DNA of 50,107 nt from a virus (taxonomy: Duplodnaviria > Heunggongvirae > Uroviricota > Caudoviricetes). The position numbers and the translations under genes were made by a program. Below the pieces are notes generated by a model, which was given only the letters and a program-made list of their open reading frames with translations, did no database searches and had not been told where the DNA came from. The DNA lies in the IMG/VR virus record IMGVR_UViG_2596583652_000001, positions 64,001 through 114,107 of that record; one strand, written 5' to 3'. Numbering within the stretch: the first letter of the stretch is position 1; each line of letters begins with the position of its first letter. This document shows positions 26,955-36,254 of the stretch, in pieces.

Positions 26955-27287
26955 ATGCTCTACACCGTTCGCTACACGACCAAGTCGATCGTCACCAAGT
27001 ATGACGGCCGCGGCAACAAGGTCGGCACCTATACCGACGACGTTCCGGTCGTGATCACCGCGCTGCCGCATATCACGGCGATGCAATACAAGGACTGCGA
27101 CAACTTCAAGATCGAGCCCTACTTCGCCGATCCTGGTCGCGGTGAGCCGGCGCCGCGGCGCACGCACGCCGAGAGCTCGGGCCGGGAGCGCACCCGCGCG
27201 CCTACGACCAAGCCGGCCGGCAAGCCCTCGGTCAATGATGCTGCCCGCACCGGCGATCTCGCCGCTGCGATCAATGGAGGCGCGTGA
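26955..27287 (+). CDS. Hypothetical protein with AARTGDLAAAI tail
   Basis: 110 aa, RBS AGAGG. Confidence 0.6.
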   Translation: MLYTVRYTTKSIVTKYDGRGNKVGTYTDDVPVVITALPHITAMQYKDCDNFKIEPYFADPGRGEPAPRRTHAESSGRERTRAPTTKPAGKPSVNDAARTGDLAAAINGGA

Positions 27288-27290
27288 GAC

Positions 27291-27461
27291 ATGATCACCG
27301 AGGGGCAGGTGGTTGAGGCTTATCGCGCCTGGCTTCGACTAAAGATCCGGGAGCAGCGTCAGGGCTTGATCGAGACCCAAAGCCAGGCCGACGAGCGGCA
27401 AGATGCTCAATACCACTGGCAAACCTTTGAGCTGCAATACCTCGCGCAGGAGACGCGCTGA
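27291..27461 (+). CDS. Small hypothetical protein (not in ORF track)
   Basis: MITEGQVVEAYRAWLRLKI...QETR, 56 aa, fills the gap before sbcC. Confidence 0.45.
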   Translation: MITEGQVVEAYRAWLRLKIREQRQGLIETQSQADERQDAQYHWQTFELQYLAQETR

Positions 27462-27462
27462 C

Positions 27463-29400
27463 ATGAATTTCCCCGAGCTCGAAATCGAGAACTTCCTCGC
27501 CATCACCTCTGCGAAGGTGGAGCTGGCGGATCGCGGCCTGGTGCTCATCCAGGGCGTGAACCACGACGACACCTCGACCCTCTCGAATGGCGCCGGCAAG
27601 TCGTCCATTCCCGACGCGCTGTGCTGGTGCTGGTTCGGCACGACGGCGCGCGGCGCATCCGGTGACGAGGTGATCAACGACATCGCCGGCAAGGGCACGC
27701 GCGTCATGTCCAAGCTGGTCGACGGCCACCTCACCTACACCGCGACCCGGCACCGCAAGCACAAGACCGGCAAGAACACCTTCACCCTGTCGGTGTTCGA
27801 CGGCCTCAAGGAGACGAACCTCACCAAGGGCACTGAGAAACTCACCCAGGAGGTCGCCAACCAGATCATCGGCGCGTCCCTCGAGGTGTTCGCCGGCTCG
27901 ATCTATGCCGGGCAGGAGCAGATGCCCGACCTGCCGGCGATGACCGACAAGCAGCTCAAGCTGCTGATCGAGGAGGCGGCCGGCGTGACCGCGCTCGAGG
28001 GCGCCTACAAGAAGGCCCGCGAGGATTTCAGCGCCGCCCAGGCCGTGCTCGGCGAGATCGATCTTGCCATCACCACGCTCGCCTCGAGCCTCACCTGGAT
28101 CGAGGGGCAGATCGCCAGCACCCAGGCCGAGAGCGCCCGCTGGCTGACGAACCGCGACGCCCAGATCGAGCAGATGAAGACGCAGGCCGGCGCCATCGTC
28201 GCGAAGATCCGGGCGCTCGACATCGAGATGAAAAGCCTGCCCGACGCCGAGACGCTCAAGACGGCGATCGCTGGCCTCGACGCCCGGATCGGCGCCGTGA
28301 GCGCCGAGAACACCCGGCTGGCCGAACTGGAGCGCGAGGTCATGGCCGCCGCTCTGATGGAGAAGGCCAAGCGCAACCAGCTCAATGTCACCTCCCTGTC
28401 GCTGCAATCCGCGACCAAGGGGCTGGCCAATATCCGCCACCAGATCGGCTGCCCGTGCAGCAGCTGCGGGCGCCCGCTCACGGAAGCGGAGCTTGGCAGC
28501 ACCACCCAGGCCCAGCAGGCGCGGATCGACGAGCTGAACGAGACCATCGCCACGCTCACCCGTGAGATTGGCGAGGCCGAGAACACGCACAAACGCGCGC
28601 AGGCGGCCGTCGACACGTTCAAGCTGTCGATGACCGATATCAGCGCGGCGAGCGCTGAGCGCGCGGCCCTGACGGCCGAAATGAACACCGTGAACGCAAA
28701 GCTGCACGAGCGCGAGACGCTGCTGGCCTCGGCCACGGTTGCGCGCGACCAGATAGTCGCCAAGGCAAAGGAGGCGTCCCCTCACCTCTCGCAACTGGCC
28801 AAGCTCGAGGCCGAGCGCACGGACGTCGCCGCCAAGATCGCGCTCAAGCAGAAGGTGCGCGCCGAGCAGGAGGCGAAGGTCGCCGTCGAGGCCGAGGTGG
28901 TGAAGGTCTTCGGCCCGGCCGGCGTGCGTGCGCACATCCTCGATGAGGTGACGCCTTTCCTGAATGCCCAGACCGCGCAGTATCTGTCGACCCTGTCGGA
29001 TGGCAACATTGAGGCGATCTGGTCCACCCTGACCCCGAACGCCAAGGGCGAGCTCAAGGAGAAATTCTCCATCGACGTCGTGAACGCGACCGGCGGCAAG
29101 ATCTTCAAGAGCCTGTCCGGCGGCGAGAAGCGCAAGGTCCGCGTCGCCACGGCGCTCGCCCTGCAGGACCTGGTCGCCACGCGCGCGAGCAAGCCCATCG
29201 ACCTCTTCATCGGCGACGAGATTGACGATGCCCTGGATCCCGCGGGTATCGAGCGTCTGACGATGATCCTCGAGGACAAGGCTCGCGAGCGCGGCTCGGT
29301 CTTCGTGATCTCCCACAACGAGCTCAGCGACTATATCCGCCAGACGCTGGTGATCGAGAAGAAGGGCGGGAAGACCATCATCACGGGGAATGCCGCATGA
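27463..29400 (+). CDS. sbcC: SbcC/Rad50-like SMC ATPase
   Basis: NGAGKSS Walker A, YAGQE Q-loop, CSSC zinc hook, coiled coils, LSGGE, FIGDEIDDALD, VISH. Confidence 0.9.
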   Translation: MNFPELEIENFLAITSAKVELADRGLVLIQGVNHDDTSTLSNGAGKSSIPDALCWCWFGTTARGASGDEVINDIAGKGTRVMSKLVDGHLTYTATRHRKHKTGKNTFTLSVFDGLKETNLTKGTEKLTQEVANQIIGASLEVFAGSIYAGQEQMPDLPAMTDKQLKLLIEEAAGVTALEGAYKKAREDFSAAQAVLGEIDLAITTLASSLTWIEGQIASTQAESARWLTNRDAQIEQMKTQAGAIVAKIRALDIEMKSLPDAETLKTAIAGLDARIGAVSAENTRLAELEREVMAAALMEKAKRNQLNVTSLSLQSATKGLANIRHQIGCPCSSCGRPLTEAELGSTTQAQQARIDELNETIATLTREIGEAENTHKRAQAAVDTFKLSMTDISAASAERAALTAEMNTVNAKLHERETLLASATVARDQIVAKAKEASPHLSQLAKLEAERTDVAAKIALKQKVRAEQEAKVAVEAEVVKVFGPAGVRAHILDEVTPFLNAQTAQYLSTLSDGNIEAIWSTLTPNAKGELKEKFSIDVVNATGGKIFKSLSGGEKRKVRVATALALQDLVATRASKPIDLFIGDEIDDALDPAGIERLTMILEDKARERGSVFVISHNELSDYIRQTLVIEKKGGKTIITGNAA

Positions 29401-29666
29401 GCATGATCGCGCCCCTTGTCTGGGAGGTAAGTGGCAGGTGGGAAACCGCCCGCACCTGCTTCGGCACCTATCAGGTCTGGAAGTCGGGCGATGAGTGGCG
29501 TTGGGGCTATTGCTTCGACGAATATCACGATGAAGATGACTTCTCCTGCGACAGCCTCGAGGAAGGCAAGCAGCTCGCTTGGGTTAATTGGTGCGAGCGT
29601 TTGGCGAAGTGCCTGACCCCTGAAGCCTGGGCGCTCTGCGCTCATCAGATTCCAGAGGTCGCATGA
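29397..29666 (+). CDS. Small phage hypothetical protein
   Basis: 89 aa, ATGA-coupled. Confidence 0.5.
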   Translation: MSMIAPLVWEVSGRWETARTCFGTYQVWKSGDEWRWGYCFDEYHDEDDFSCDSLEEGKQLAWVNWCERLAKCLTPEAWALCAHQIPEVA

Positions 29667-29938
29667 GCGGAAATCCGAACTGGCTCGAGGGTCTTTCCCA
29701 CACGCCTCATCCCGACACCTGGTCCTACGACAAAGCCGGTGGCAACATCGTCTGTCCGTCGGCAAAAGGCGGCACCCGGCCGCTGATCGACATGCGCGGC
29801 TGGGGCTACCTCACTGGTCACGGCCATGGGGCGCTGGGCCTCACGCTCAAGGAAGGGCGCAAAGAGCAGGACGTGCTCGCCGAATTCCTGCTGCAGGCGT
29901 GCCGCGCGGCTGCAGCCAAACCGGAGGTGAAGCCGTGA
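29663..29938 (+). CDS. Small phage hypothetical protein
   Basis: 91 aa, IDMRGWGYLTG motif, ATGA-coupled. Confidence 0.55.
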   Translation: MSGNPNWLEGLSHTPHPDTWSYDKAGGNIVCPSAKGGTRPLIDMRGWGYLTGHGHGALGLTLKEGRKEQDVLAEFLLQACRAAAAKPEVKP

Positions 29939-30162
29939 CCACGGCCAAATACGAGATCGAGGTGGTGCGCAAGATCCACGACAATGTCGGCGGGGAGCAC
30001 CTGTTGGTCTGTGAGGATCGCGACGGGCTCGGCCTGGTGCGTATCGACGGCCAGAAGGAGTTCGGCGGCGAGATACAGATCGACCCTCACATGGCGCTCG
30101 AGCTGGCGAAGGCCATCGAGCTTTGCGCCAAGGAAATTCTGGAGAAGAGCGATGACCACTGA
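29935..30162 (+). CDS. Small phage hypothetical protein
   Basis: GTGA-coupled start after GGAGG. Confidence 0.55.
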   Translation: MTTAKYEIEVVRKIHDNVGGEHLLVCEDRDGLGLVRIDGQKEFGGEIQIDPHMALELAKAIELCAKEILEKSDDH

Positions 30163-30400
30163 ACCGCGCCCCATCAGCGAAGCCAAGAAGGACGGCACCG
30201 TCATCTTCGGCCTGGGTAAGGACGATGCCTGGCCGCAGCCGATGCGCTGGCTCACCTATGACGAGGCGACCGCGGAGGAGATCGGCGAGGATGGCTACTG
30301 GAGCTACGCGGAGGATCTCATCGGTGACGTCGCCGGCGATGCGAACCCGGTCGTGTTCTGGCCGATGTTCGAGTGGACGAAGGAGCAGCTCGGGCGCTGA
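30152..30400 (+). CDS. Small phage hypothetical protein (PISEAKKDGT type)
   Basis: MTTEPRPISEAKKDGTVI; overlapping start. Confidence 0.55.
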   Translation: MTTEPRPISEAKKDGTVIFGLGKDDAWPQPMRWLTYDEATAEEIGEDGYWSYAEDLIGDVAGDANPVVFWPMFEWTKEQLGR

Positions 30401-30412
30401 TAGCCCGGGCTA

Positions 30413-30455
30413 TTCCCTAGCTGCATCTGCTATAATGTAAGTATGCACTAACTTT
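30413..30455 (+). promoter_or_regulatory. Promoter plus operator
   Basis: TTCCC-N12-CTATAATG then TAAGTATGCACTAACTTT (30438-30455). Confidence 0.65.
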
Positions 30456-30482
30456 CGGTCTATCCAAGTGGGATATCTTCGC

Positions 30483-30962
30483 ATGGCACGCGCCAAAACC
30501 GTCATCGACCCCGCCCTTAAGGCGCTCACCGAAGAGGTCGGCGCCGAACTCGTCCAGCTCGGCGGCGACATCTTCTCCGAGATCGAGCCCGCCGAGCCGA
30601 TGACGGTTAAGTATCCCGACGGCGTCTACAAGAAGAAGCCGATCCTGCCCGGGCTCGAGTTCGCCCTGCGCTCTGTCTATGTCGGCGCCAGCGGCAAGAC
30701 CATTTTCTGCTTCGAGCCCGAGGACGCCCAGGAATGGTCCCTGCTTGAGGTTCCGGCCGGCGAAGTCGATCACCGCTTCCCGCTATTCGGCTCGGTCGTG
30801 GCGAAGTTGTTCAACATCGCCACTGACGAGGAGGACTTCACCAATGTGTGGAAGCTCATCCTGTCCTCCGCCGCCGAGCGCAAGCAGAAGGCCCAGGAGG
30901 AGGCGCGCCAGGCCGAGAACCAGACCTATCGCGACAACCCGACCTTCGGCCGCTTCGGCTGA
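30483..30962 (+). CDS. Hypothetical protein with NPTFGRF tail
   Basis: About 159 aa; C-terminus QTYRDNPTFGRFG. Confidence 0.6.
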   Translation: MARAKTVIDPALKALTEEVGAELVQLGGDIFSEIEPAEPMTVKYPDGVYKKKPILPGLEFALRSVYVGASGKTIFCFEPEDAQEWSLLEVPAGEVDHRFPLFGSVVAKLFNIATDEEDFTNVWKLILSSAAERKQKAQEEARQAENQTYRDNPTFGRFG

Positions 30963-30988
30963 CCCCGCATCCCAACCACGGAAATCCT

Positions 30989-31564
30989 ATGTCCAAGGTT
31001 CTCATCGCCGGCCTCGACGGCTCCAAGACCAATTTCGGGGTCGCCCGGCTCCTGCTCGACATCGACACGCTGGAGCTGACGGTCGACGACCTGCTCCTCG
31101 TGAAGACCGAGAAGGACAAGAGCAAGCAGGTGCGCAAGAGCTCCGACAATCTCAAGCGTGCGCAGGAGATTGCCGTTGGTATCCGCCCGGCCCTGCAGGG
31201 CTGCGTCTCGGCCTTCATCGAGGTGCCGTCGGGCGGCCAGTCCTACGACGCGGTGCTCGGATTCGGCATCGTCATCGGTCTTTATGCCTCGCTGACCATC
31301 CCCACGATCGAGGTCTCGCCGGGCGAGACGAAACTCGCCTCGGTCGGCACCCGCACCGCCTCGAAGCAGGAAATGATCGAGTGGGCAGTCGAGAACTATC
31401 CCAAGGCGCCCTGGCGCGTGACCAAGCGCGGCGGCGTCATGGTGCCCACGCTCGACAACGAGCACCTCGCCGACGCCATCGCGATTGCTCATGCCGGCAT
31501 CCGCACGCCGGCCTTCCGGCAGACGCTCGCCATTCTCACGGCGTCAAGCGCAAAGGCCGCGTGA
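30989..31564 (+). CDS. ruvC: RuvC-like Holliday junction resolvase
   Basis: IAGLDGSKTNFGVA, AFIEVP, VSPGETK, ASKQEMI, EHLADAIAIA RNase H-fold catalytic residues. Confidence 0.8.
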   Translation: MSKVLIAGLDGSKTNFGVARLLLDIDTLELTVDDLLLVKTEKDKSKQVRKSSDNLKRAQEIAVGIRPALQGCVSAFIEVPSGGQSYDAVLGFGIVIGLYASLTIPTIEVSPGETKLASVGTRTASKQEMIEWAVENYPKAPWRVTKRGGVMVPTLDNEHLADAIAIAHAGIRTPAFRQTLAILTASSAKAA

Positions 31565-31587
31565 TCCGTAAATAATGCCCTGGAATA

Positions 31588-31605
31588 TCAGTATGTAATC
31601 ACATA
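31588..31605. promoter_or_regulatory. Operator upstream of nrdB
   Basis: TCAGTATGTAATCACATA (overlaps AGTATGT-AATC-ACATACT palindrome). Confidence 0.6.
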
Positions 31606-31646
31606 CTATCCGGGCCCTTTCGTTCTTTGCCGAGTGAAGCCTGACC

Positions 31647-32612
31647 ATGCTTTTTGATCGCCAGATCACGCGACTGCCCGACCATTATCCACGGGCCCAG
31701 ACCTTCATCGAAGCCATGCAGGATGGCTTCTGGACCGCCAAGAAGTTCCATTTCGACAGCGACAAGACCGACTTCGAGTTGAACCTGACCGAACAGGAGC
31801 GGGTGATGCTGACCCGCGTCCTCGCGGCGATCGCCCAGATCGAGGTCGCGGTGAAGAAGTTCTGGGTGCGCCTGGGCGATCACCTGCCGCATCCCTCGAT
31901 CACCGACCTCGGCATCACCATGGGCTACATCGAGGTCATTCACAACAACGCCTACGAGAAGCTCCTCAAGAAGCTGGGCCTGACCCATGTCTTCGAGGAG
32001 AACATGAAGGTTCCCGCCCTCGCCGGCCGCGTGGGCTATCTGACCAAGCACAGCGAGCGCAACTATTCCGACGACCGCAGGCAGTTCATCTACTCGCTGA
32101 TCCTCTTCACCCTCTTCGTGGAGAACGTGTCGCTGTTCAGCCAGTTCTACGTCGTTCTGAACCTGAACCGCTTCAAGGGCGTCCTCAAGGACACCGCCCA
32201 GCAGGTCAAATACACGCGCAACGAGGAGCTGCTCCACGCCCAGGCCGGCATGTGGATCATCAACACCCTGCGCGCGGAATACCCCGAGCTGTTCGACGAG
32301 GAGCTGGAGCGCAAGATCAAGCACGAGTGCCACGTCGCGCTCGGCGCGGAATGCGAGCTCATCAACTGGATGGTCGGTGACTACCAGGGTGAGAAGCTCA
32401 ATGCGGAGCTGCTCAAGGGCTACGTCGCGCAGCGGCTGAACGAGAGCCTGGAAGGCATCGGCTACGAGCCGGTCTTCCACGTCACCGAGGAGGTCAAGAA
32501 GGAGACCTTCTGGATGACCGAGGGGCTGCTGGCGCCGGCCAAGGTCGACTTCTTCCACTCCGAGCCCACGGCCTACACGCAGGCCGACACCCCCGACGAC
32601 GACAACTGGTGA
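31647..32612 (+). CDS. nrdB: Ribonucleotide reductase class I beta subunit
   Basis: FWT, IEVIHNNAY (ExxH plus radical Tyr), VENVSLFSQF, RNEELLH, DFF. Confidence 0.93.
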   Translation: MLFDRQITRLPDHYPRAQTFIEAMQDGFWTAKKFHFDSDKTDFELNLTEQERVMLTRVLAAIAQIEVAVKKFWVRLGDHLPHPSITDLGITMGYIEVIHNNAYEKLLKKLGLTHVFEENMKVPALAGRVGYLTKHSERNYSDDRRQFIYSLILFTLFVENVSLFSQFYVVLNLNRFKGVLKDTAQQVKYTRNEELLHAQAGMWIINTLRAEYPELFDEELERKIKHECHVALGAECELINWMVGDYQGEKLNAELLKGYVAQRLNESLEGIGYEPVFHVTEEVKKETFWMTEGLLAPAKVDFFHSEPTAYTQADTPDDDNW

Positions 32613-34336
32613 GAGCCCCGATCATGCACGACCGTCCCGACTACGCCTATCTCAACGGGGTTGCGCTCAAGACCCTCTCGCGCGGCTATCTGCGCGAGGG
32701 CATTCTCGACAGCGAGCTCAAGACCGAGGCTATCAAGCGCCTCGACGTGATGATCTCCGCCGCCGAGAAGACGCTCGGCCGTGAGCTGCCCTGGGTCCGC
32801 ACCGGCGTGAAGCGCGGCTGGGTCTCGCCCTCCTCGCCGGTCTGGAGCAATTACGCGGCCGGGCGCGGCCTGCCGATCTCCTGCAACGGCTCGTTCATCG
32901 CCGACAAGCGCTCGGCCATCCTGATGAAGGTCGCCGAGATCGGCGAGATGAGCGGGCGCGGCGCCGGCACCTCGGCCTATATGGGCGCTCTCCGCCCGTT
33001 TGGCGCGCCGATCTCCTCGGGTGGCCGGTCGGAAGGCCCGGTTCACTTCGCCCGGCTGATCCAGGAACAGGTCCAGGTCATCAGCCAGTCCAATGTGCGC
33101 CGCGGCAACTGCGCCATCTATCTCGACATCGAGCATGCCGACATCGACCGCTGGATGGAGATGCGCAAGATCGCCGGCGGCGAGCACCATGTGATCCAGC
33201 ACCTGTCCTTCGGCGTGTGCATCGGCCGGCAGTGGTGGGCTGAAATGAAGGCCGAGGCCAAGGGCGGCCCGAAGCGCTCGCTCATGGCGCGGATCCGCAA
33301 CAAGCGGCGCGAGAGCGGCTACCCCTACATCCTCTTCACCGACAACGCGAACGATGTCCGGCCGCAGGTGCTCAAGGACAAGGGGCTCAAGATCCACGCC
33401 TCCAACCTTTGCACCGAGATCATGAACCACTCGACGCCGGACGAGTCGTTCGTGTGCAACCTGTCGTCGGTCAATCTGCTCTGGTGGCATGAGTGGAAGA
33501 ACACCCCGTTCATCCGGGAGATGATCTATTTCCTCGACGCGGTGCTCACTGAATACATCGAGAAGATCGAGGCGCTGCGCGACGAGGACCCGGAAGGCTT
33601 CCTGTTGATGGAGGCGGCCTACAACTTCGCCCGGCGCTGGCGCTCGGTGGGCTTGGGCGTGCTCGGCTATCACAGCCTGTTCCAGTCGAAGATGATCGCC
33701 TTCGAGAGCCAGGCGGCGCGCGACCTCAACATCGAGATCCATCGCTTTATCCGGCAGGAGTCCCACGCCGCGTCCCGCGCGATGGCCAAGGAATATGGCG
33801 AGCCGGAAGGTCTGGTTGGCACCGGCTACCGGCACATCAACCTGAACGCCATCGCGCCGACGACCAGCTCCTCGATCATCTGCGGGCAGGTGTCGCAGTC
33901 CATCGAGCCCTGGGACGCCAACATCTTCGAGAATGACAATGCCAAGGGTGTCTTCACCCAGCGCAACGTCCATCTGGAGGAGCTGCTGGAGAAGAAGGGC
34001 CACAACACGACCGAGGCATGGACCTCGATCCTGCAGGCCGGCGGCTCGGTGCAGCATCTGGACTTCCTGTCCGATCACGAGAAGGCGGTCTTCAAGACCT
34101 TCGTCGAGATCGACCAGAAGGAGATCATCATCCAGGCGGCCGATCGCCAGCGCTTCATCGACCAGGGCCAGAGCCTGAACATCAAGCTCCCGCCCGAGGC
34201 GACGATGAAGGAGGACATGGACCTGCTGTTCCTGGCGGAGGAGCTCGGCCTCAAGAGCCTCTACTACCGCAAGGGGCTCAACAAGGCGCAGGAGCTCGCC
34301 CGGGCGAACGCTTCCTGCCTGGCGTGCGAGGCGTGA
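32609..34336 (+). CDS. nrdA: Ribonucleotide reductase class I alpha subunit (short, no ATP cone)
   Basis: PISCN, SNVRRG, SNLCTEI, CNLSS, AIAPTTSSS, IDQGQSLN, KSLYY, C-terminal CLACE. Confidence 0.95.
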   Translation: MRAPIMHDRPDYAYLNGVALKTLSRGYLREGILDSELKTEAIKRLDVMISAAEKTLGRELPWVRTGVKRGWVSPSSPVWSNYAAGRGLPISCNGSFIADKRSAILMKVAEIGEMSGRGAGTSAYMGALRPFGAPISSGGRSEGPVHFARLIQEQVQVISQSNVRRGNCAIYLDIEHADIDRWMEMRKIAGGEHHVIQHLSFGVCIGRQWWAEMKAEAKGGPKRSLMARIRNKRRESGYPYILFTDNANDVRPQVLKDKGLKIHASNLCTEIMNHSTPDESFVCNLSSVNLLWWHEWKNTPFIREMIYFLDAVLTEYIEKIEALRDEDPEGFLLMEAAYNFARRWRSVGLGVLGYHSLFQSKMIAFESQAARDLNIEIHRFIRQESHAASRAMAKEYGEPEGLVGTGYRHINLNAIAPTTSSSIICGQVSQSIEPWDANIFENDNAKGVFTQRNVHLEELLEKKGHNTTEAWTSILQAGGSVQHLDFLSDHEKAVFKTFVEIDQKEIIIQAADRQRFIDQGQSLNIKLPPEATMKEDMDLLFLAEELGLKSLYYRKGLNKAQELARANASCLACEA

Positions 34337-34338
34337 TC

Positions 34339-34668
34339 ATGGCTGAGCCCATCAACAGCACCATCTCGCCCTGGATGCCTGAACAGGATCGGGTTCGGCT
34401 GGCCGTCCTTGGCAAGCTCGCAGAGGAGGCCGGGGAACTGGCCTCCCGCGCCGCCCGCTGCATCATTCAGGGCATCGACGAGACCGATCCCGACACCGGC
34501 CGCAGCAACGCCGACGAGCTCGGTCGGGAGATCGCTGATGTCATGGCCTGCGCCGCCGCGCTCGAAGCCCTTCTTCGCGTCAACTACAGCAAGCAGCGCG
34601 TCACCGACAAGGTGAGCGGCTTCGCCCGTTGGCATTGCATGATCCGGGAGCGCGATGCCAATGGCTGA
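34339..34668 (+). CDS. MazG-like NTP pyrophosphohydrolase
   Basis: KLAEEAGELA...ELGREIADV acidic helices. Confidence 0.6.
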   Translation: MAEPINSTISPWMPEQDRVRLAVLGKLAEEAGELASRAARCIIQGIDETDPDTGRSNADELGREIADVMACAAALEALLRVNYSKQRVTDKVSGFARWHCMIRERDANG

Positions 34669-34900
34669 CTTCCACATCATGACCAAGCCTGGATGCACCT
34701 ACTGCACCCAGGCCAAGGCGCTGCTCAAAGAGCGCGGCCACAGCTTCTCCGAGCTCCACCACCTCTCGGAGGAAGCCATCGAGGAGTTCAAGGCGCAGGG
34801 CTGGCGAACCTTCCCGCAGATCTTTCATGGCACCGTTCATGTCGGCGGGTTCGACCAGCTGGGCGCCTACCTTGCCGGCCTCGACACCGACGACTTCTGA
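34661..34900 (+). CDS. Glutaredoxin / NrdH-like redoxin
   Basis: TKPGCTYC, RTFPQIF, HVGGFDQL. Confidence 0.9.
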   Translation: MADFHIMTKPGCTYCTQAKALLKERGHSFSELHHLSEEAIEEFKAQGWRTFPQIFHGTVHVGGFDQLGAYLAGLDTDDF

Positions 34901-34919
34901 TTGACTCCCGGGCCGGCAT

Positions 34920-34934
34920 GTTCCGTATATGTTC
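34920..34934 (+). promoter_or_regulatory. Alphaproteobacterial LexA (SOS) box
   Basis: GTTC-CGTATAT-GTTC (GTTC-N7-GTTC) over the -10 region, TTGACT at 34901, ATG 2 nt downstream. Confidence 0.75.
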
Positions 34935-34936
34935 TC

Positions 34937-35314
34937 ATGACGGAACAGGCCGAGCTCGGGATCATCTGTGTGGAGTGCGGCTGCGGCCGGCGCACCTGGC
35001 TGCGCGACAGCGAGATCAATTTCACCCCGCCTGAGCGCTTGGTGGGGCGTTTGCGTTGCCAGGGCTGCGGATCCCGCGACGTCAGTCTCCTGCGCCCATG
35101 GAAGGCAGCTCTTAACGATCCCCTCTTCGGCGAGGCTACCTTTAAGATCGAGGTCTGGAACGACGCCGGGATGCGGCTCGAGGAGTTGGTGGCGACATCT
35201 TCCGGCTCCATTGTCGCCCATGCGGCCTATGACGCGGCATTGATCGCCCGGCCCAATCGCTACATCACCCTGCGCCAACGGGCGCGCGTGCTGCGAAAGA
35301 GCAGAGACGGCTGA
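34937..35314 (+). CDS. LexA-regulated small protein with N-terminal zinc ribbon
   Basis: CVECGC...CQGCGS; C-terminal FKIEVW...AHAAYDAA...PNRYITLRQRARV. Confidence 0.65.
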   Translation: MTEQAELGIICVECGCGRRTWLRDSEINFTPPERLVGRLRCQGCGSRDVSLLRPWKAALNDPLFGEATFKIEVWNDAGMRLEELVATSSGSIVAHAAYDAALIARPNRYITLRQRARVLRKSRDG

Positions 35315-35337
35315 AACAATCTCGACACCCTGCATCA

Positions 35338-35380
35338 ACCCAAACTCGCACGCGCTATAACGTAAGTAAGCACATACATT
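35338..35380 (+). promoter_or_regulatory. Promoter plus operator of the thyX/dut operon
   Basis: ACCCA-N12-CTATAACG then TAAGTAAGCACATACATT (35363-35380). Confidence 0.7.
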
Positions 35381-35396
35381 AAAGCGAGCGCAGAGA

Positions 35397-35915
35397 ATGA
35401 GCGACGAGACCGCCCAGAGCGACTTCGAGACCATGATGGCCATGCCAGGCACGTTCGTCTTCGGCGAGAACCAGGTCGCCATGCTGGCGGCCGTCGTGGC
35501 GAACATGGGCGCGATCGCTTTTGCCCATCGGGCGAAAGCCGAGACCTTCCGCGATGCGAGCACCGGCGAGCTGGACCGCGACGCGCTGTTCATGGACGCC
35601 GACACGGTGCGCCTCCTGCTGCCGAGCTCGGACGACGCGATCGGCCTGATCGGCGTCATTCATCACGTCATGACCAAGCTGGGCGAAAGCCACGGCTTCG
35701 ATCCGGAGCAGGTGATGCTGTCGCTTCCGACCGTCACCGGCGCCAAGCACGCCGCGCGTGTGACCGAGCTGCTGAACCACAACAACAGCCAGCTGCAGGA
35801 GAACCGCAATCAGCGGGCGGTGATCCGCGATCTTCTCAAGGCGCTCCAGGACGGAAACACCAACGACACTCTGGAAGAAGCGATGGCGCGCGCGAAGGAG
35901 CTCATCGGTGCGTAG
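35397..35915 (+). CDS. Hypothetical protein
   Basis: 172 aa, phage codon usage. Confidence 0.6.
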   Translation: MSDETAQSDFETMMAMPGTFVFGENQVAMLAAVVANMGAIAFAHRAKAETFRDASTGELDRDALFMDADTVRLLLPSSDDAIGLIGVIHHVMTKLGESHGFDPEQVMLSLPTVTGAKHAARVTELLNHNNSQLQENRNQRAVIRDLLKALQDGNTNDTLEEAMARAKELIGA

Positions 35916-36051
35916 GCGGCCCAGACGCTGGTTCACGAACCTCTTCTTTCACGACTGGAGCGCCGAGCCGCCGGTCGATCAGGTCATCGACCTGCTCAAG
36001 GACATCCGGATTCTCCTGCTCCTCATTCTCATCTTCGGGGTCATCACATGA
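35908..36051 (+). CDS. Small membrane peptide (not in ORF track)
   Basis: MRRRPRRWF...IRILLLLILIFGVIT; GTG after AAGGAG, ATGA-coupled to the next gene. Confidence 0.45.
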   Translation: MRRRPRRWFTNLFFHDWSAEPPVDQVIDLLKDIRILLLLILIFGVIT

Positions 36052-36251
36052 TCGAGCGCCGTATCACCACAGGCCCGACACCGCCTCAGAACGCCGAGCG
36101 CCACGATTCTCTGAAGGAGATCGCCGGCCGGCTGGTGAAGCTGTCCTATCGCGACATGCTGACATTCGCGGCGCTGGTTAGCCAGGACAAGCCTTCGGGC
36201 GAGGTCGCCCAGAGCCTGCTCGTCGCGGCCGACCGGCTCCTCAAGGACTGA
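36048..36251 (+). CDS. Small hypothetical protein
   Basis: 67 aa. Confidence 0.55.
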   Translation: MIERRITTGPTPPQNAERHDSLKEIAGRLVKLSYRDMLTFAALVSQDKPSGEVAQSLLVAADRLLKD

Positions 36252-36254
36252 TCC

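Noticed and set aside
30970-30992. TCCCA-N12-CTATGT as a further phage promoter
   Set aside because: The putative -10 overlaps the ruvC start codon, so a transcript would begin inside the gene; not counted
15952-34336. Inteins or introns in dnaE, recA, nrdA/nrdB
   Set aside because: Motifs run contiguously at normal or short lengths; no LAGLIDADG or intein splice motifs seen
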